Shown here: positions 38,564-48,634 of the stretch, piece after piece
Numbering within the stretch: the first letter of the stretch is position 1
Layout of the letters: each line of letters starts with the position of its first letter
DNA from: Candidatus Melainabacteria bacterium 17Bon1m
GTDB lineage: Bacteria; Cyanobacteriota; Vampirovibrionia; Obscuribacterales; Obscuribacteraceae
Length of the DNA stretch: 64,000 nt
Direction: 5' to 3'
Assembly: GCA_032128875.1 (NCBI GenBank)
Contig: JAVLKG010000007.1
Span: 160,001-224,000 of the forward strand
Made by a program: the position numbers and the translations under genes
Notes under the pieces: generated by a model
The model's database searches: none
Seen by the model: the letters and a program-made list of their open reading frames with translations, nothing else
Told to the model about the DNA's origin: nothing

Positions 38564-40302
38564 TTTCGAAAATCCTTGCCTTGCTAACTTTGTTTTATTC
38601 GTTGTCTACACCAAGTGCAAAGGCGTTAGATAGAGTAGGTTTGATTGACTTTCGAGGCGACGAAGTCATTCCTTGTAGGTACAAAAGCGTCAAATATTTG
38701 AAACAAGGCTTCTATCTTGCCGAGGAATGGCCGGATGGCGCGTCCAATGCTATTTTGTCCGCGCTGAAAAGTGATTCTCTGTCGGACGCTTTCAACAGCA
38801 TTGAGAATCATGAGCTATTCGCTCCAAAAATTCTTCTTACTCGTAATGGAAAACGCGTACACGTACAGCTTCCCAAAGATGCATACTTAACGGATGTGAT
38901 GCTGCCTCCAACGGAATCGGACTATTTTCAAGGGACGGAATTACGAGCAGCCTATTCGAAAAATGCGCTCAGCTTGCCGAGCGACGCAGTTCTATTTTTT
39001 GTTTGCAGAAGTGGATTTGGCATCTGCGACGTAAGAGGACGTGTCTTTGAAGTCAAAAAGCCTTCTAATAAATGCGTCCTTTCGCTAGATGTTTATCCGG
39101 ATGCGCGTAGGTATGTTGATGATTACGTTGCCAGATTTGAATCGAAACGAGCGGAATGGCAGGTTCGCTATCAGAAGGAACTTGAGATAATTACTCGACA
39201 AAGAAAACTGCCTTACAGATCCGAAAGTGACACGGTTGTGCTCAATCTACGGAGGTTCTCGCGTGAGAAAGAGAGTTTCTCGCGCTTTGGCAAATTTGTT
39301 ATTACTAACGACTTAGGTCAAAAGATATCCCCTTCTCTGGAGTATGTTTCTGGGTTTTCCGATGGAATCAGTCTCGTTGCAACCAGAGAAAAATACTTTC
39401 CGGCGGGAACATCTCGATATCCTGGCGATGCTTATTTCATCGGAAAAGACGGTAAGCAGATTTCTTCAACATATGAAATGGCTGCACCTTTTCATGGAAA
39501 TTACGCTCTAGTCACACTGAAAGGGGCTGACAAAAAAGAGATAGGATTTGTAGATAGGCATTTCAACTACACTTTCTTGTGTTTCGGCGATAGACCCTAT
39601 TTTTATCGAAATGGTTGTTGGGTAATTATGGGAAGGAGCACACCAACAATAGTTCTAGACTCAAACTGCAAAAAACTATTCGAAACTCCAGAACCTGTGA
39701 CGTCTTTCGGGGATGTTCCGTTTTCGTTTCAGTCTACGAAGCTCGACAAATTGTATTTTTACAGTCGTTACGGTGAGCATTTTGCTGAAAAGTCAGGAGT
39801 ATCTGACTTTTGGACTGCACGTGAATTACCAGTTGTTTTGAGAACTGGAGGAGCTGAATGGGATGGGCTTCACGGCGTTCTTGGAAGAGATATGAGTTGG
39901 ATTGTGACGCCACAAAAGGCTAATTTTCAAATTACTGAAAGCGATCGAGCGGTAAAAATTGAATATGGAAAATTCAACAGAGAATGTTGGTTAAATCAGG
40001 ACGACTCGCGCTTGAGAGAGTTTTACGCATTCTTGCGTGAACATAAGCCGATCGGAATGACTAAAGTGCAGGTTGAAGCTTTACTAGGCTCTGGAAAAGC
40101 ACAGGAAGGCGATTCGCTTACTAGGCGCAATTTGGATATTCCACCTGATCCCCACGTTGTTTCCTATCAGCTGAACTGGTTTGGTGCTTGGTGCGCTAGT
40201 TCAACTTGGTTTGCAGAGTTTCGCTATGAGAATGAGACAGTCAAAGAATGGCGCATCTATAAACGAACTGACAGGGATGCCAGTTTTTGGATTCGCTCCT
40301 AG
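38560..40302 (+). CDS. WG-repeat protein, paralog of the upstream gene
   Basis: GTGA overlap with the upstream stop; signal peptide (AKA); GLIDFRGDEVIP, FSDGISLV, FIGKDG, IGMTKVQVEALLG. Confidence 0.75.
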   Translation: MISKILALLTLFYSLSTPSAKALDRVGLIDFRGDEVIPCRYKSVKYLKQGFYLAEEWPDGASNAILSALKSDSLSDAFNSIENHELFAPKILLTRNGKRVHVQLPKDAYLTDVMLPPTESDYFQGTELRAAYSKNALSLPSDAVLFFVCRSGFGICDVRGRVFEVKKPSNKCVLSLDVYPDARRYVDDYVARFESKRAEWQVRYQKELEIITRQRKLPYRSESDTVVLNLRRFSREKESFSRFGKFVITNDLGQKISPSLEYVSGFSDGISLVATREKYFPAGTSRYPGDAYFIGKDGKQISSTYEMAAPFHGNYALVTLKGADKKEIGFVDRHFNYTFLCFGDRPYFYRNGCWVIMGRSTPTIVLDSNCKKLFETPEPVTSFGDVPFSFQSTKLDKLYFYSRYGEHFAEKSGVSDFWTARELPVVLRTGGAEWDGLHGVLGRDMSWIVTPQKANFQITESDRAVKIEYGKFNRECWLNQDDSRLREFYAFLREHKPIGMTKVQVEALLGSGKAQEGDSLTRRNLDIPPDPHVVSYQLNWFGAWCASSTWFAEFRYENETVKEWRIYKRTDRDASFWIRS

Positions 40303-40313
40303 TAAGCTCGATT

Positions 40314-40616
40314 CTATCGATCTGCAACGCGATGTGCTGGTGCTGTGTAGTAATGCGATTCAATGTTGCTTGCATCAATTGGCATCAACATTAGCATTGT
40401 GTCTTTCCCAATACGTGCTGGTTGAGCGGTTGATGCAAGCGGAGCAGTCAGGAATATACGCGTTTCCTGGCTTTCCACGTACTGAGGAAACAGCATGTGC
40501 CAAACGCCATTCATGCCGCGTGCGGCAGGAATGCAAGCCATTCCTCCGAGGATTGAGCAAACGATGCAAACCGCTGCGACTATTGTGAGACTGCCTTTTG
40601 TTTTCAGTTCTTTCAT
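40314..40616 (-). CDS. Small membrane or lipoprotein-like hypothetical protein
   Basis: SD ggag about 20 nt after the 945-aa gene's stop; basic-then-hydrophobic N-terminus ending GMAC. Confidence 0.45.
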   Translation of the reverse strand: MKELKTKGSLTIVAAVCIVCSILGGMACIPAARGMNGVWHMLFPQYVESQETRIFLTAPLASTAQPARIGKDTMLMLMPIDASNIESHYYTAPAHRVADR

Positions 40617-40637
40617 CGTGCGCACTCCGAATGCCGC

Positions 40638-43475
40638 CTATCGGTCTGTCAAAAGGCGGTGAACAATCCTGATGGCTTCCGGTTCTCCCTTTTCATAGCC
40701 TTCTACAAGTTTGTTGACTGTAGGATTCGTCTCAGCGAATATCGACAGTGATAGTGCTACTCTTTCGTCCATTACACCAGGCTTCAGCTCAATCACGCCC
40801 CACTCAGAGCTGATTGCAGCGTTCAATTCTTTTGCTGTTCCGGCAGACACGCCTGCTTCTTCAAACGGCTTGAGAGGGCGCTCTCCGTTGAGAATGCTGC
40901 GGAATAGAAAATCCTCTGGCTTGTGCGTTAGGTTGTTGCGCAATAATGTCTCTAATGGACCAGGCTTGCTCGCGTCCACTAGACCGACTCTTCCACCGTT
41001 GCGTATCGCAGCTTGATCGCGCATTAAGAAGCCCTCGAATTCGCTGATGGTCTTGCCGTTTTTCTTGATGCGCTGGATAATCGAATTTTCCGGCGCCCAC
41101 TGCTTGAGCTTCGCGACTGAGCCCGCATGGTCTTCTCGCGCGATTTGAAGTTCGGCATTCAGCGAGGTCAGCTCGTCCCAAGACTGCGCGCGCTGCCGTT
41201 TTTCCTGAATGGATTCGATTACCGCTTCTTTCATTTTAACTTCAGCGCGCAGCCCTTCCATTGCTGTTTCAACTTGTTTTGCGCGAGCTGAACTGAGCGG
41301 AAGCAACTCTTTGCGTGCTTGTTCGAATATCGATTCGACTTTTCCGATAACAACCCGATCTCCGTGCGTTGATCGGAAGCGCAACTCATTCTTTTCCGGC
41401 GACACGTTATTGTGCTTGACGTAAACGTCCGTTTCTCCGTAGTTCGTATGGACGTGCTGCTTACCGTTGAGGAAGTACTCAACGATAGAATCCTTCGCGA
41501 CATCGACCGCTGACCGGGTTACTTCCCTGTTGGAAGACCCATGCACCGCCCATTCCAGGTGATCCAGCGTCGTCTCTTTCAAGTTCTTCGCGTAATCTTG
41601 CACCATAGATTTGTTACCGCGGAAATTTAAGTCGCTGGGTAAACGCTCTAGTTCATGCACGAATTGGCGCAACTCGGTGAGTTTTTCAACGTCCGCTCCT
41701 GCTTTTATGCTGGGCAATTGAACGTCGCGCAAATTCAGTGTAGGTTTGAAACCACCAACTTCGCCCGTTGCTCTGAGCAGGATTTGTCCAACTTCGGAAG
41801 GGAAGGAATCTGGCATGTCCGGACCGTGGCTGTTTGCGCGGAACCAACTCTTCTGAATTTCTATGATGCCCATAGACCTGATGGCAGGCGGGTTTTTGGT
41901 TTGTTCTGTGCAATCGAGCATGTACATTTGCCCGGTTTTTTCGTTGAAGATAACAATGTCGGCGCCGATCATATCCATAGCTGAGCCTTGCTCGGTGACG
42001 GTTGATTTCCAGCCTTTCGCCTCTAATCCGGTCTGTTTCAGCTGTTGACGAACGATATCATTTACACTGGATTCTTCAGCAGTGTTGTGCGCAATGCGGC
42101 GAAGATTTTGCATGTTGTTGCCGAAATTTTGCGCCTGATCGCCAAGCGGAATCGGCTTGGAATAACCTTCTTTGACTTCCTGCGGTTCGGACGAAACGCG
42201 AATTCTGTCTTTGCCTACCACCATTGAAACGTCTTTTCCGACGACCGCAGATTTGCCTTGCATTGCCGCATCTAGATTACAGATTGCGAGTACATCAGCC
42301 ATGCGTGCGGCATCGTAATTGATGCCCTTCGTGGCGTCGTTATGCTGGATGAACAAGTCTTTTTGCGGACCGTACTCTTGCAAGCCAAGCACACGCTTCC
42401 ACCCTCCGCCGGCGCCCAGATGCTCGCGCACTTTGACCATTGCGCCTTCGCCGTCGCGGAGTTTTGCAACGGCTTCTGTGAGCGCTTTCTCGCCTCCCAC
42501 AAGCTTGAATTCTGCTGTGGTTGGACCATTCTCAGTCTGTTCTTTTGAAGACCATTCGAAGTTCTGCCTGCCACTCTCGTGGCGTCCTCGGAACTGTTGA
42601 TGCGCGCCCAAACCCATACCAATCACGCCCATTGTGGTGATTGCCTCGAAGTTTTCGCGTCCTGTAGCCAGCCTGCGCTCTGCGAGATATGTGTGCATGT
42701 TTGTACTTACAAGACCAGCCGGAATTGCAGATATTCCCCCGGCGGCAATTTCACTTTTCAGCAGTGGCGCTGCAACGTTGAGCCGGAGTTTGTCCGCGGT
42801 CGACGAGAACATTCTGCTTGCCGCACTCTCTCCCACAGGCAGAAGGGCAGAGCGCTCAACACTAGCCATTCCCCCGAGGTGTTTCAATCCAACACCTGTT
42901 CCTGCGAGTGTAAGCATGGTGGCGCCGCCGGTGGCACCTTGTGCTAGGCGTGCCATGAAATAATTTCGCTTGTCGCCTTCTTCCACAGGGCGCAAGGCGA
43001 AATCGTGTGCAAAACCGGTTATGGTCGCTTCTTTCAATGTCAGACCAATCTGGCTCTGTTTTGAAAGGGTATTGGCCAGTGCAACTTCAGTCTGTCCGGC
43101 GCGCATTACTCCCTTCACGCCTTTGCCGACAGCCCAAAACGTACCCAGCATTCCAATCGCGCTGCCGCTCTGTTGCGCCCAATAGTTGGCTGTGCCAAAT
43201 TCGGCGTGGTTGGGAGCATCAATTACTTGAACGCTCGGCAAGTAGTTGGTGCCGAAAGTTTTGTCGATTGGCTGTACTAGAGCGTTGACAGGATTCTGCG
43301 CTACGGTGTGCAGAAGCGACCGTCCAAAGTCCTCCAGCAGGCTCGCGTCTTTGTGCGGCTCTTTCTTGTTTTCCCCGCTGTCCGCACCGTTCTGATTTTG
43401 CGCGTCAGCCGCCTCCGCTTGCGAGAAGCGCGAGAGATACGGACGATACGAGAGTGACTCGGAATTTTCGGTCAT
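40638..43475 (-). CDS. Large hypothetical protein, polymorphic-toxin-like, with a possible PD-(D/E)XK-type region
   Basis: 945 aa; N-terminal Gly/Ala-rich hydrophobic helices; central SAMDMIGADIVIFNEKTGQMYMLDCT; coiled coil. Confidence 0.6.
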   Translation of the reverse strand: MTENSESLSYRPYLSRFSQAEAADAQNQNGADSGENKKEPHKDASLLEDFGRSLLHTVAQNPVNALVQPIDKTFGTNYLPSVQVIDAPNHAEFGTANYWAQQSGSAIGMLGTFWAVGKGVKGVMRAGQTEVALANTLSKQSQIGLTLKEATITGFAHDFALRPVEEGDKRNYFMARLAQGATGGATMLTLAGTGVGLKHLGGMASVERSALLPVGESAASRMFSSTADKLRLNVAAPLLKSEIAAGGISAIPAGLVSTNMHTYLAERRLATGRENFEAITTMGVIGMGLGAHQQFRGRHESGRQNFEWSSKEQTENGPTTAEFKLVGGEKALTEAVAKLRDGEGAMVKVREHLGAGGGWKRVLGLQEYGPQKDLFIQHNDATKGINYDAARMADVLAICNLDAAMQGKSAVVGKDVSMVVGKDRIRVSSEPQEVKEGYSKPIPLGDQAQNFGNNMQNLRRIAHNTAEESSVNDIVRQQLKQTGLEAKGWKSTVTEQGSAMDMIGADIVIFNEKTGQMYMLDCTEQTKNPPAIRSMGIIEIQKSWFRANSHGPDMPDSFPSEVGQILLRATGEVGGFKPTLNLRDVQLPSIKAGADVEKLTELRQFVHELERLPSDLNFRGNKSMVQDYAKNLKETTLDHLEWAVHGSSNREVTRSAVDVAKDSIVEYFLNGKQHVHTNYGETDVYVKHNNVSPEKNELRFRSTHGDRVVIGKVESIFEQARKELLPLSSARAKQVETAMEGLRAEVKMKEAVIESIQEKRQRAQSWDELTSLNAELQIAREDHAGSVAKLKQWAPENSIIQRIKKNGKTISEFEGFLMRDQAAIRNGGRVGLVDASKPGPLETLLRNNLTHKPEDFLFRSILNGERPLKPFEEAGVSAGTAKELNAAISSEWGVIELKPGVMDERVALSLSIFAETNPTVNKLVEGYEKGEPEAIRIVHRLLTDR

Positions 43476-43722
43476 ATTGTGAGTTAGGGGCCTTTGGCTT
43501 GCCTAAATTGAAGACAAGCTATTAGTTTTTACCCGTATTTCCTGGTTCTTGGACACTTTAAGCTCGTTTCTAATGTTCTTATGAGCAGTGGAATGTTCTC
43601 AAACGTACACGGGCGCGCATTTGACGCTTTACAGTCATCAGCGTCCGCATCTGTCACACGAATGTCAGATGGTTCGGTTAGGCTCTACTCGTCGCTTACT
43701 ACGCCCCCCCCCGAGTATCCCC

Positions 43723-45543
43723 ATGTTCCGATCTGAAGAGATTGGCGATAGCGCGATTGCATCGCCGCGAGTAAACAACGCTTTGTCCCTGGAATCTGCA
43801 CAACTGCTGGCTGAGTTCAAGCCGCCGGTTCTTCCCGCGCACACCGGTGACTTCCTCGACCTGACCAATCCGTATGGTGACAGCGAGTCAATGGACTGGA
43901 ACTCTGACACTGGTTCAATAGGCTTGGTTTCTGAGAACCAGGCACCGGAAAAGAAGTCTCTGGCTTTTCAGCCAGACGCGCCGAGGACCGTGAGCGTTGA
44001 TGAAACGGACGCACCCGACTCCCCTCGAAATTGGACTATGGCGATCGATCTGACCTCTGGCGGGGACGTCGAATACAACGGCGAAAGAATTCCGACCGGC
44101 GCTGCCGGAAAGTTGTCTGAAATTTTGGAATTGGCGGAGAAAACTCGCGATCAGCCGGTCACTCTCTACGTGCAAGCGACGCTGCCGCTGCCGCAGATTG
44201 TTAGAGAGGACGGCTCGATACGCACCAACAGAAACGATCAGGAGGTCGCGACCTACAGGTTGGAAGACGGGCAAATCACCCTGGTCGATCGAGGTCCGTC
44301 TAGAGGTTTTGAACATGATCTTGTCGAGCTGCTGAAGCGAGCTTCTGAACGTGCGGGCGACGGCAATCTCGGATTGATCATTCAATCTCACGGATATGCC
44401 GCAAAAGGACTTGGTGGGGACAGCGGCGAAGTGAGCCTAGCAGAGCTGGAGCAGGCGATCACCAGCGGTTTGGACGGTAGTGGGAAAACTTCGCTCGACC
44501 TTTTGAATTTTGATTCTTGCTTGATGGGAAATCTCAACGTAATCCAGGCTATGCAAGGGAATGCCGAGCACATCGTGGCTTCAGCAGAAGTCGAGTCGGC
44601 TGTTGCTGACGCAGATGGACAAAACATGCGTACCACACTCGGTGCATTGCTGGACAATCCAGATTTGACTCCGGAAGAGTATGCAGCCGTTTCGATTGAA
44701 CTGGCAAGCGCAGGACACAACGATGAGACAGGAAACACCGATCTCAATTCGACGGGGACCTATACCCTCGCGCATGTTGATGTGGATCAATATCCACAAC
44801 TGGAAGCAGGCATTAACGAGCTTGGCGAGGAGTTGTCCGAACTAATTGCCGATCCGGCGCAACGTCACACTCTCGTTGAACTGATGAATGAAATTCAACC
44901 GTTTTCTGAAGGAGGAGCTATGTTGAGTGGCTCTTTCGCGCCGGCTAATCGAGACTTGGGGCTCTTTTTGGCCGAACTCGAGCAGGCTGTAAGCAATGGC
45001 GATTTGAAAGATTCCGACGGTTCGCTTTCAGCAACAGTAGGAGAAGTGCGCGATGCATTGAGTGATGTTGTTCCTCAATACCACGGCGAAAACTTCGGGC
45101 AATACGAGGAAATGTCCGGGCTTTCTTTGTTTCTTCCAAATTACGAGCACATTGATGTAACTTCGCTTTTGCAGGATGCTTCACCGCTACGGCACATGAT
45201 TTCATCAGTGAATAATGCCAAGTTGGCTGACTTTAACAGTCGCGAAAATTTGGTAAGGTCGTTGACGTTCAATTTGGAATCGCTGAGTAGCTATGGTGAT
45301 GCTTCCTCTCTTGCCTCAGCAATTGAAAACTTACGCGCTGCTGAGGATCAAGCGCAAACGGATATTGCGATGGCAAACCTTCAATCAATGTTGGTTGACG
45401 CGAACTCAGGAGATTTAGGCGCTGCGTGGATGAACGCAAATCGATCGGAGTACGACGAAAGGCGCGATCAGATTTTTGCTCAAGAACTCGAACAGCTGCC
45501 GCCGGCCTGGAGTGACTTCATAAATTCCCTACGAGTACAATAG
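43723..45543 (+). CDS. Clostripain-related (C11) cysteine peptidase (start uncertain; ORF open from 43588)
   Basis: LGLIIQSHG (catalytic His), LDLLNFDSCLMGN (catalytic Cys), IVASAEVE, DLGLF, GLSLFLP. Confidence 0.85.
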   Translation: MFRSEEIGDSAIASPRVNNALSLESAQLLAEFKPPVLPAHTGDFLDLTNPYGDSESMDWNSDTGSIGLVSENQAPEKKSLAFQPDAPRTVSVDETDAPDSPRNWTMAIDLTSGGDVEYNGERIPTGAAGKLSEILELAEKTRDQPVTLYVQATLPLPQIVREDGSIRTNRNDQEVATYRLEDGQITLVDRGPSRGFEHDLVELLKRASERAGDGNLGLIIQSHGYAAKGLGGDSGEVSLAELEQAITSGLDGSGKTSLDLLNFDSCLMGNLNVIQAMQGNAEHIVASAEVESAVADADGQNMRTTLGALLDNPDLTPEEYAAVSIELASAGHNDETGNTDLNSTGTYTLAHVDVDQYPQLEAGINELGEELSELIADPAQRHTLVELMNEIQPFSEGGAMLSGSFAPANRDLGLFLAELEQAVSNGDLKDSDGSLSATVGEVRDALSDVVPQYHGENFGQYEEMSGLSLFLPNYEHIDVTSLLQDASPLRHMISSVNNAKLADFNSRENLVRSLTFNLESLSSYGDASSLASAIENLRAAEDQAQTDIAMANLQSMLVDANSGDLGAAWMNANRSEYDERRDQIFAQELEQLPPAWSDFINSLRVQ

Positions 45544-45600
45544 CTCTATCTCGGTAGCTGAACGCTGTAGCTCAGTACCAAGCGTTCTGTAGTTTCTACC

Positions 45601-45623
45601 GTAGGGCGACATACCTGCCGCCC
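45601..45623. repeat. REP-like single hairpin
   Basis: gtagggcgacatacctgccgccc. Confidence 0.5.
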
Positions 45624-45702
45624 GAGCCTCTCTCCATGTGAAAAGAGCGCCCTTAGTAGGACGCTCTTCTCGGACACCAGGCTTCCGGTTAAAACTTGTC
45701 GC

Positions 45703-46113
45703 TTATCTCATTTCGATTGGGAGGACCTTACGCGGTGTGGCTTCGGATTCGGCATGAGGTGTGAATCCTTTGCGGCCAGAGTGGTCTTCATTGATTACGA
45801 GCGATGGAGCCAAGTAGCGCGAACCGCCGATTTCAAAACCTTTGCTGCTGTCCACGAGTGTGAGGGATGGCAGACCGTCGCTGTTTGATTTCACTTGAAC
45901 GTCCCAGCCAGTGCCTTTCTTATCGCTGTAGTTCATGTTAGCTACGATTTGTTTCCAGCGCTCGACCCCGTCGGTGCCTTGGCTCATGCAGTCTACGAAG
46001 TCGGCTCTCAATCTATCGGCAACTTGTTCGGCTTGTTGTTGAGTCTTTGCATTGTCGAGGCTGTTTGCCATTTGGTCAGCGCCGGTTCTTACGTTTGCTT
46101 CGTTGATAGACAT
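45703..46113 (-). CDS. Hypothetical protein
   Basis: ATG behind SD gagga; 136 aa; downstream hairpin aagagcgccc...ggacgctctt. Confidence 0.65.
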   Translation of the reverse strand: MSINEANVRTGADQMANSLDNAKTQQQAEQVADRLRADFVDCMSQGTDGVERWKQIVANMNYSDKKGTGWDVQVKSNSDGLPSLTLVDSSKGFEIGGSRYLAPSLVINEDHSGRKGFTPHAESEATPRKVLPIEMR

Positions 46114-46394
46114 GATGGTGGTCCTCGTATTGTTTAGCCTTGGTGTGGGGGAGGTGCGTTGCCCTCGATGCACTCACAATACGGACGGCTTGGGAGCATT
46201 CCGGGTCATATACCGGGCGTTTTTGGGTCATGGGATTAAACGTGCCGGGTAGGGGCTGAAACGCCCACAGGCGCGTGAAATCACTCTGGGCGACTGCAAT
46301 TGGCGCCGAAACCTTACACCCACGCTATGCTTGGGCGCGGTATGGAGTGCGTGATCACGGAACTCTGTGCGAAAGGTCCGCCGGCACCTAGTCT

Positions 46395-46688
46395 TTAGGC
46401 TATACCGGCAAGTCTCTTTACGGCTTTGTGTTTTTGTTGAGCGCGCCAAATATCAACCGACATCTGAAGATTGAGCCAGAATTCTGGTGATGTGTTTAAT
46501 GCGTCTGCTAAAACCATTGCCGTTTCTGGTGTGACACCGCGTTTTCCCGTGATGATTTCGTTTACTTTGGGCTGAGTCCAACCAATATGTCGAGCGAAGG
46601 CGCTCTGACTAACCCCCAGCGGCACCAGGAATTCTTCGAGGAGAATTTCCCCGGGTGATGTTGGTTGTCGTTTCATTTTCTTGTACAT
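46395..46688 (-). CDS. higA: HigA family antitoxin (XRE HTH)
   Basis: PTSPGEILLEEFLVPLGVSQ, NEIITGKRGVTPETA, TSPEFWLNLQ. Confidence 0.93.
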   Translation of the reverse strand: MYKKMKRQPTSPGEILLEEFLVPLGVSQSAFARHIGWTQPKVNEIITGKRGVTPETAMVLADALNTSPEFWLNLQMSVDIWRAQQKHKAVKRLAGIA

Positions 46689-46735
46689 TGATGCCTCAAT
46701 TAAACGAGATATCGAGTTATTGGCCGGTCTCGAAC

Positions 46736-47029
46736 TCAGTGATAGTCGGTGATCTTAACTTCATGTGGTCCGTTGGAAAGCCATTTGAAGATGATTCTCC
46801 ATTGGTCGTTTACGCGGATGCTCCAGTAGCCTCTCATGTTACCCTTCAGTTTTTCCAGTCGGTTGGCAGGCGGGGATGCCAAATCCTGAAGTTCTGCTGC
46901 TGCTTCGAGCATATCGAGTTTGCGCTCTACGACTCGTAAAATGTTTGGTGGAAGTTTAGAAGTTTGTTTGTCGTTGACTCCCCAAAAGATCTTCTCTGTT
47001 CGAAAGTCGCCAAACGATTGAATTGTCAC
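46736..47029 (-). CDS. higB: HigB family toxin (RelE/ParE superfamily)
   Basis: IQSF, RKLDML, DLASPPANRLEKLKG, WSIRVNDQWRIIF, ITDYH; toxin-first gene order. Confidence 0.93.
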   Translation of the reverse strand: MTIQSFGDFRTEKIFWGVNDKQTSKLPPNILRVVERKLDMLEAAAELQDLASPPANRLEKLKGNMRGYWSIRVNDQWRIIFKWLSNGPHEVKITDYH

Positions 47030-47086
47030 TTGGTTATACCGTTATACCATATACCAGTATGAATCAGAATAGAAACACCTAAAAGG

Positions 47087-47650
47087 TCAAGTAGAACGAA
47101 TCGCTTTGCTCTTTTCGTAGAGTGCGAGCGCTTGATCTGTGTCTCCGAATTCGGAGAAAACCGACGCGAGCTTCAGCAGGATTTTTGCACGTTTGTCTTT
47201 TTGCTCAGGTGTGTGGATTTCCCTCAGGCTCAACGCGCGTGTCAGATGCCGTTTGGCAAGACGCAATTGCCCCTGTTCTAGCCTGATATCTGCGAGTGTT
47301 TCCAAAAGCATGATCTCGAATTCTTTAGGCGTGTTTTTCACGTTTCTCGTAATTGCGAGCGCGCGCAAGTAGCTGTTGGCGGCTTGTGGAAATTCTCCTT
47401 GTGAGAATTGAGTGTGACCAACGTGTGCGAAACTCACTGCTAGTCGATAGTCGAGAAGCTCTTCTTTTCTGGCTTCCGCAAGTGCTTCGGTAAACATCAG
47501 TTTTGCTAGTGTGATGTCGCCGCAGTTCATCGCGCGGGTTCCGACGTCAGTGTAGTTTTGCCATACGGAGTGGCGGAAATGTCTGTATCTTTGGGGCAAG
47601 ATACGAATTCTGGCGGATATTACTTCCCATTCTGTAGAAACGACTGGCAT
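47087..47650 (-). CDS. TPR-repeat protein
   Basis: YLRALAI, LTRALSLRE, ALALYEKSKAI; SD aaggag. Confidence 0.75.
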   Translation of the reverse strand: MPVVSTEWEVISARIRILPQRYRHFRHSVWQNYTDVGTRAMNCGDITLAKLMFTEALAEARKEELLDYRLAVSFAHVGHTQFSQGEFPQAANSYLRALAITRNVKNTPKEFEIMLLETLADIRLEQGQLRLAKRHLTRALSLREIHTPEQKDKRAKILLKLASVFSEFGDTDQALALYEKSKAIRST

Positions 47651-48289
47651 GGAAAACTCCTTTGGTTAAAGCCGTTCAACCTGTGGAGAGAATATTCGTT
47701 TTGAAAAACCCAGTTAATGTGGAATTGAACAGGTGTGCGGGAAACCGCCACAATATCTATTTGCGCTCTGTGAAACTGTGCAAGCTGGAAGACACTGTCA
47801 GCAATCGCATGTGTTGCGGGAATTGCGCATTGAGATTTGCAAAGCGAAGATCTTCTTGCAAGAACTCTGATAGCCTCTCATTTTGCTCGTCGGCGAGGTT
47901 TTTACGTATCGATTTGCTAGCGTCGCTACGTTGTACACAATCATTTAGTTTCGTAGGCGCACCACAGCGCAAACGTTTGACTAGGTTTCGCATCCGTTCC
48001 TGAAAACAGTGAAAGACCGTCACCGGCCTGCTTCGCGGCGTGTTTTGGAAAGTTTTCACCGCATCCAGTAAATAGGTCGCAAATCAGCGGCTGCGAATGT
48101 AGGGTCGAAATATATTCGTCGAACAGATTTCCACCGGAGTTGCACGCAAACCCTGAAGCCATTGCCAATGCACTAAACAAGCGGACTTTCAAAACCCACT
48201 GCGTGTGAGGCGTGGAAGCTTCTTTTCGAATACACACATAAGCAGCTGTCGCGATTCGCGATGGTTGCTTTCATATTTTAGGAGCTTAT

Positions 48290-48547
48290 ATGACAGATAG
48301 AAATACACAGCTTGTTGTTATGAACGACAACCTCAACGAATACGAATTCGCGCGAGCGTTGGACCTTCTCGTTCTAACTGATGAAGAAAGAAAAGGCTTT
48401 GACATGATGGGCGAGTTCGACGCGATGGACAAAATTGATGCCGAGATAAATGCGCATGAACAAGAAGGATTCTATGTTCCTACGCGCGAAGAGTTGATCG
48501 AAACAACAGGCGAATTCTTTGTTCATCTCATGTTGGAACGCGAATAG
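48290..48547 (+). CDS. Small acidic hypothetical protein
   Basis: SD aggag; 85 aa; followed by hairpin agagctggc-gaga-gccggctct. Confidence 0.6.
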   Translation: MTDRNTQLVVMNDNLNEYEFARALDLLVLTDEERKGFDMMGEFDAMDKIDAEINAHEQEGFYVPTREELIETTGEFFVHLMLERE

Positions 48548-48634
48548 ACCATTTCGCGAATTGAACTGACTCGCATAGATAGACACACACGAACAAGAGA
48601 GCTGGCGAGAGCCGGCTCTTGTTCTTTTATAGAG

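Noticed and set aside
43704-43712. C9 homopolymer near the clostripain start as a phase-variation tract
   Set aside because: The tract is short, the start codon is uncertain, and length variation cannot be assessed without reads.
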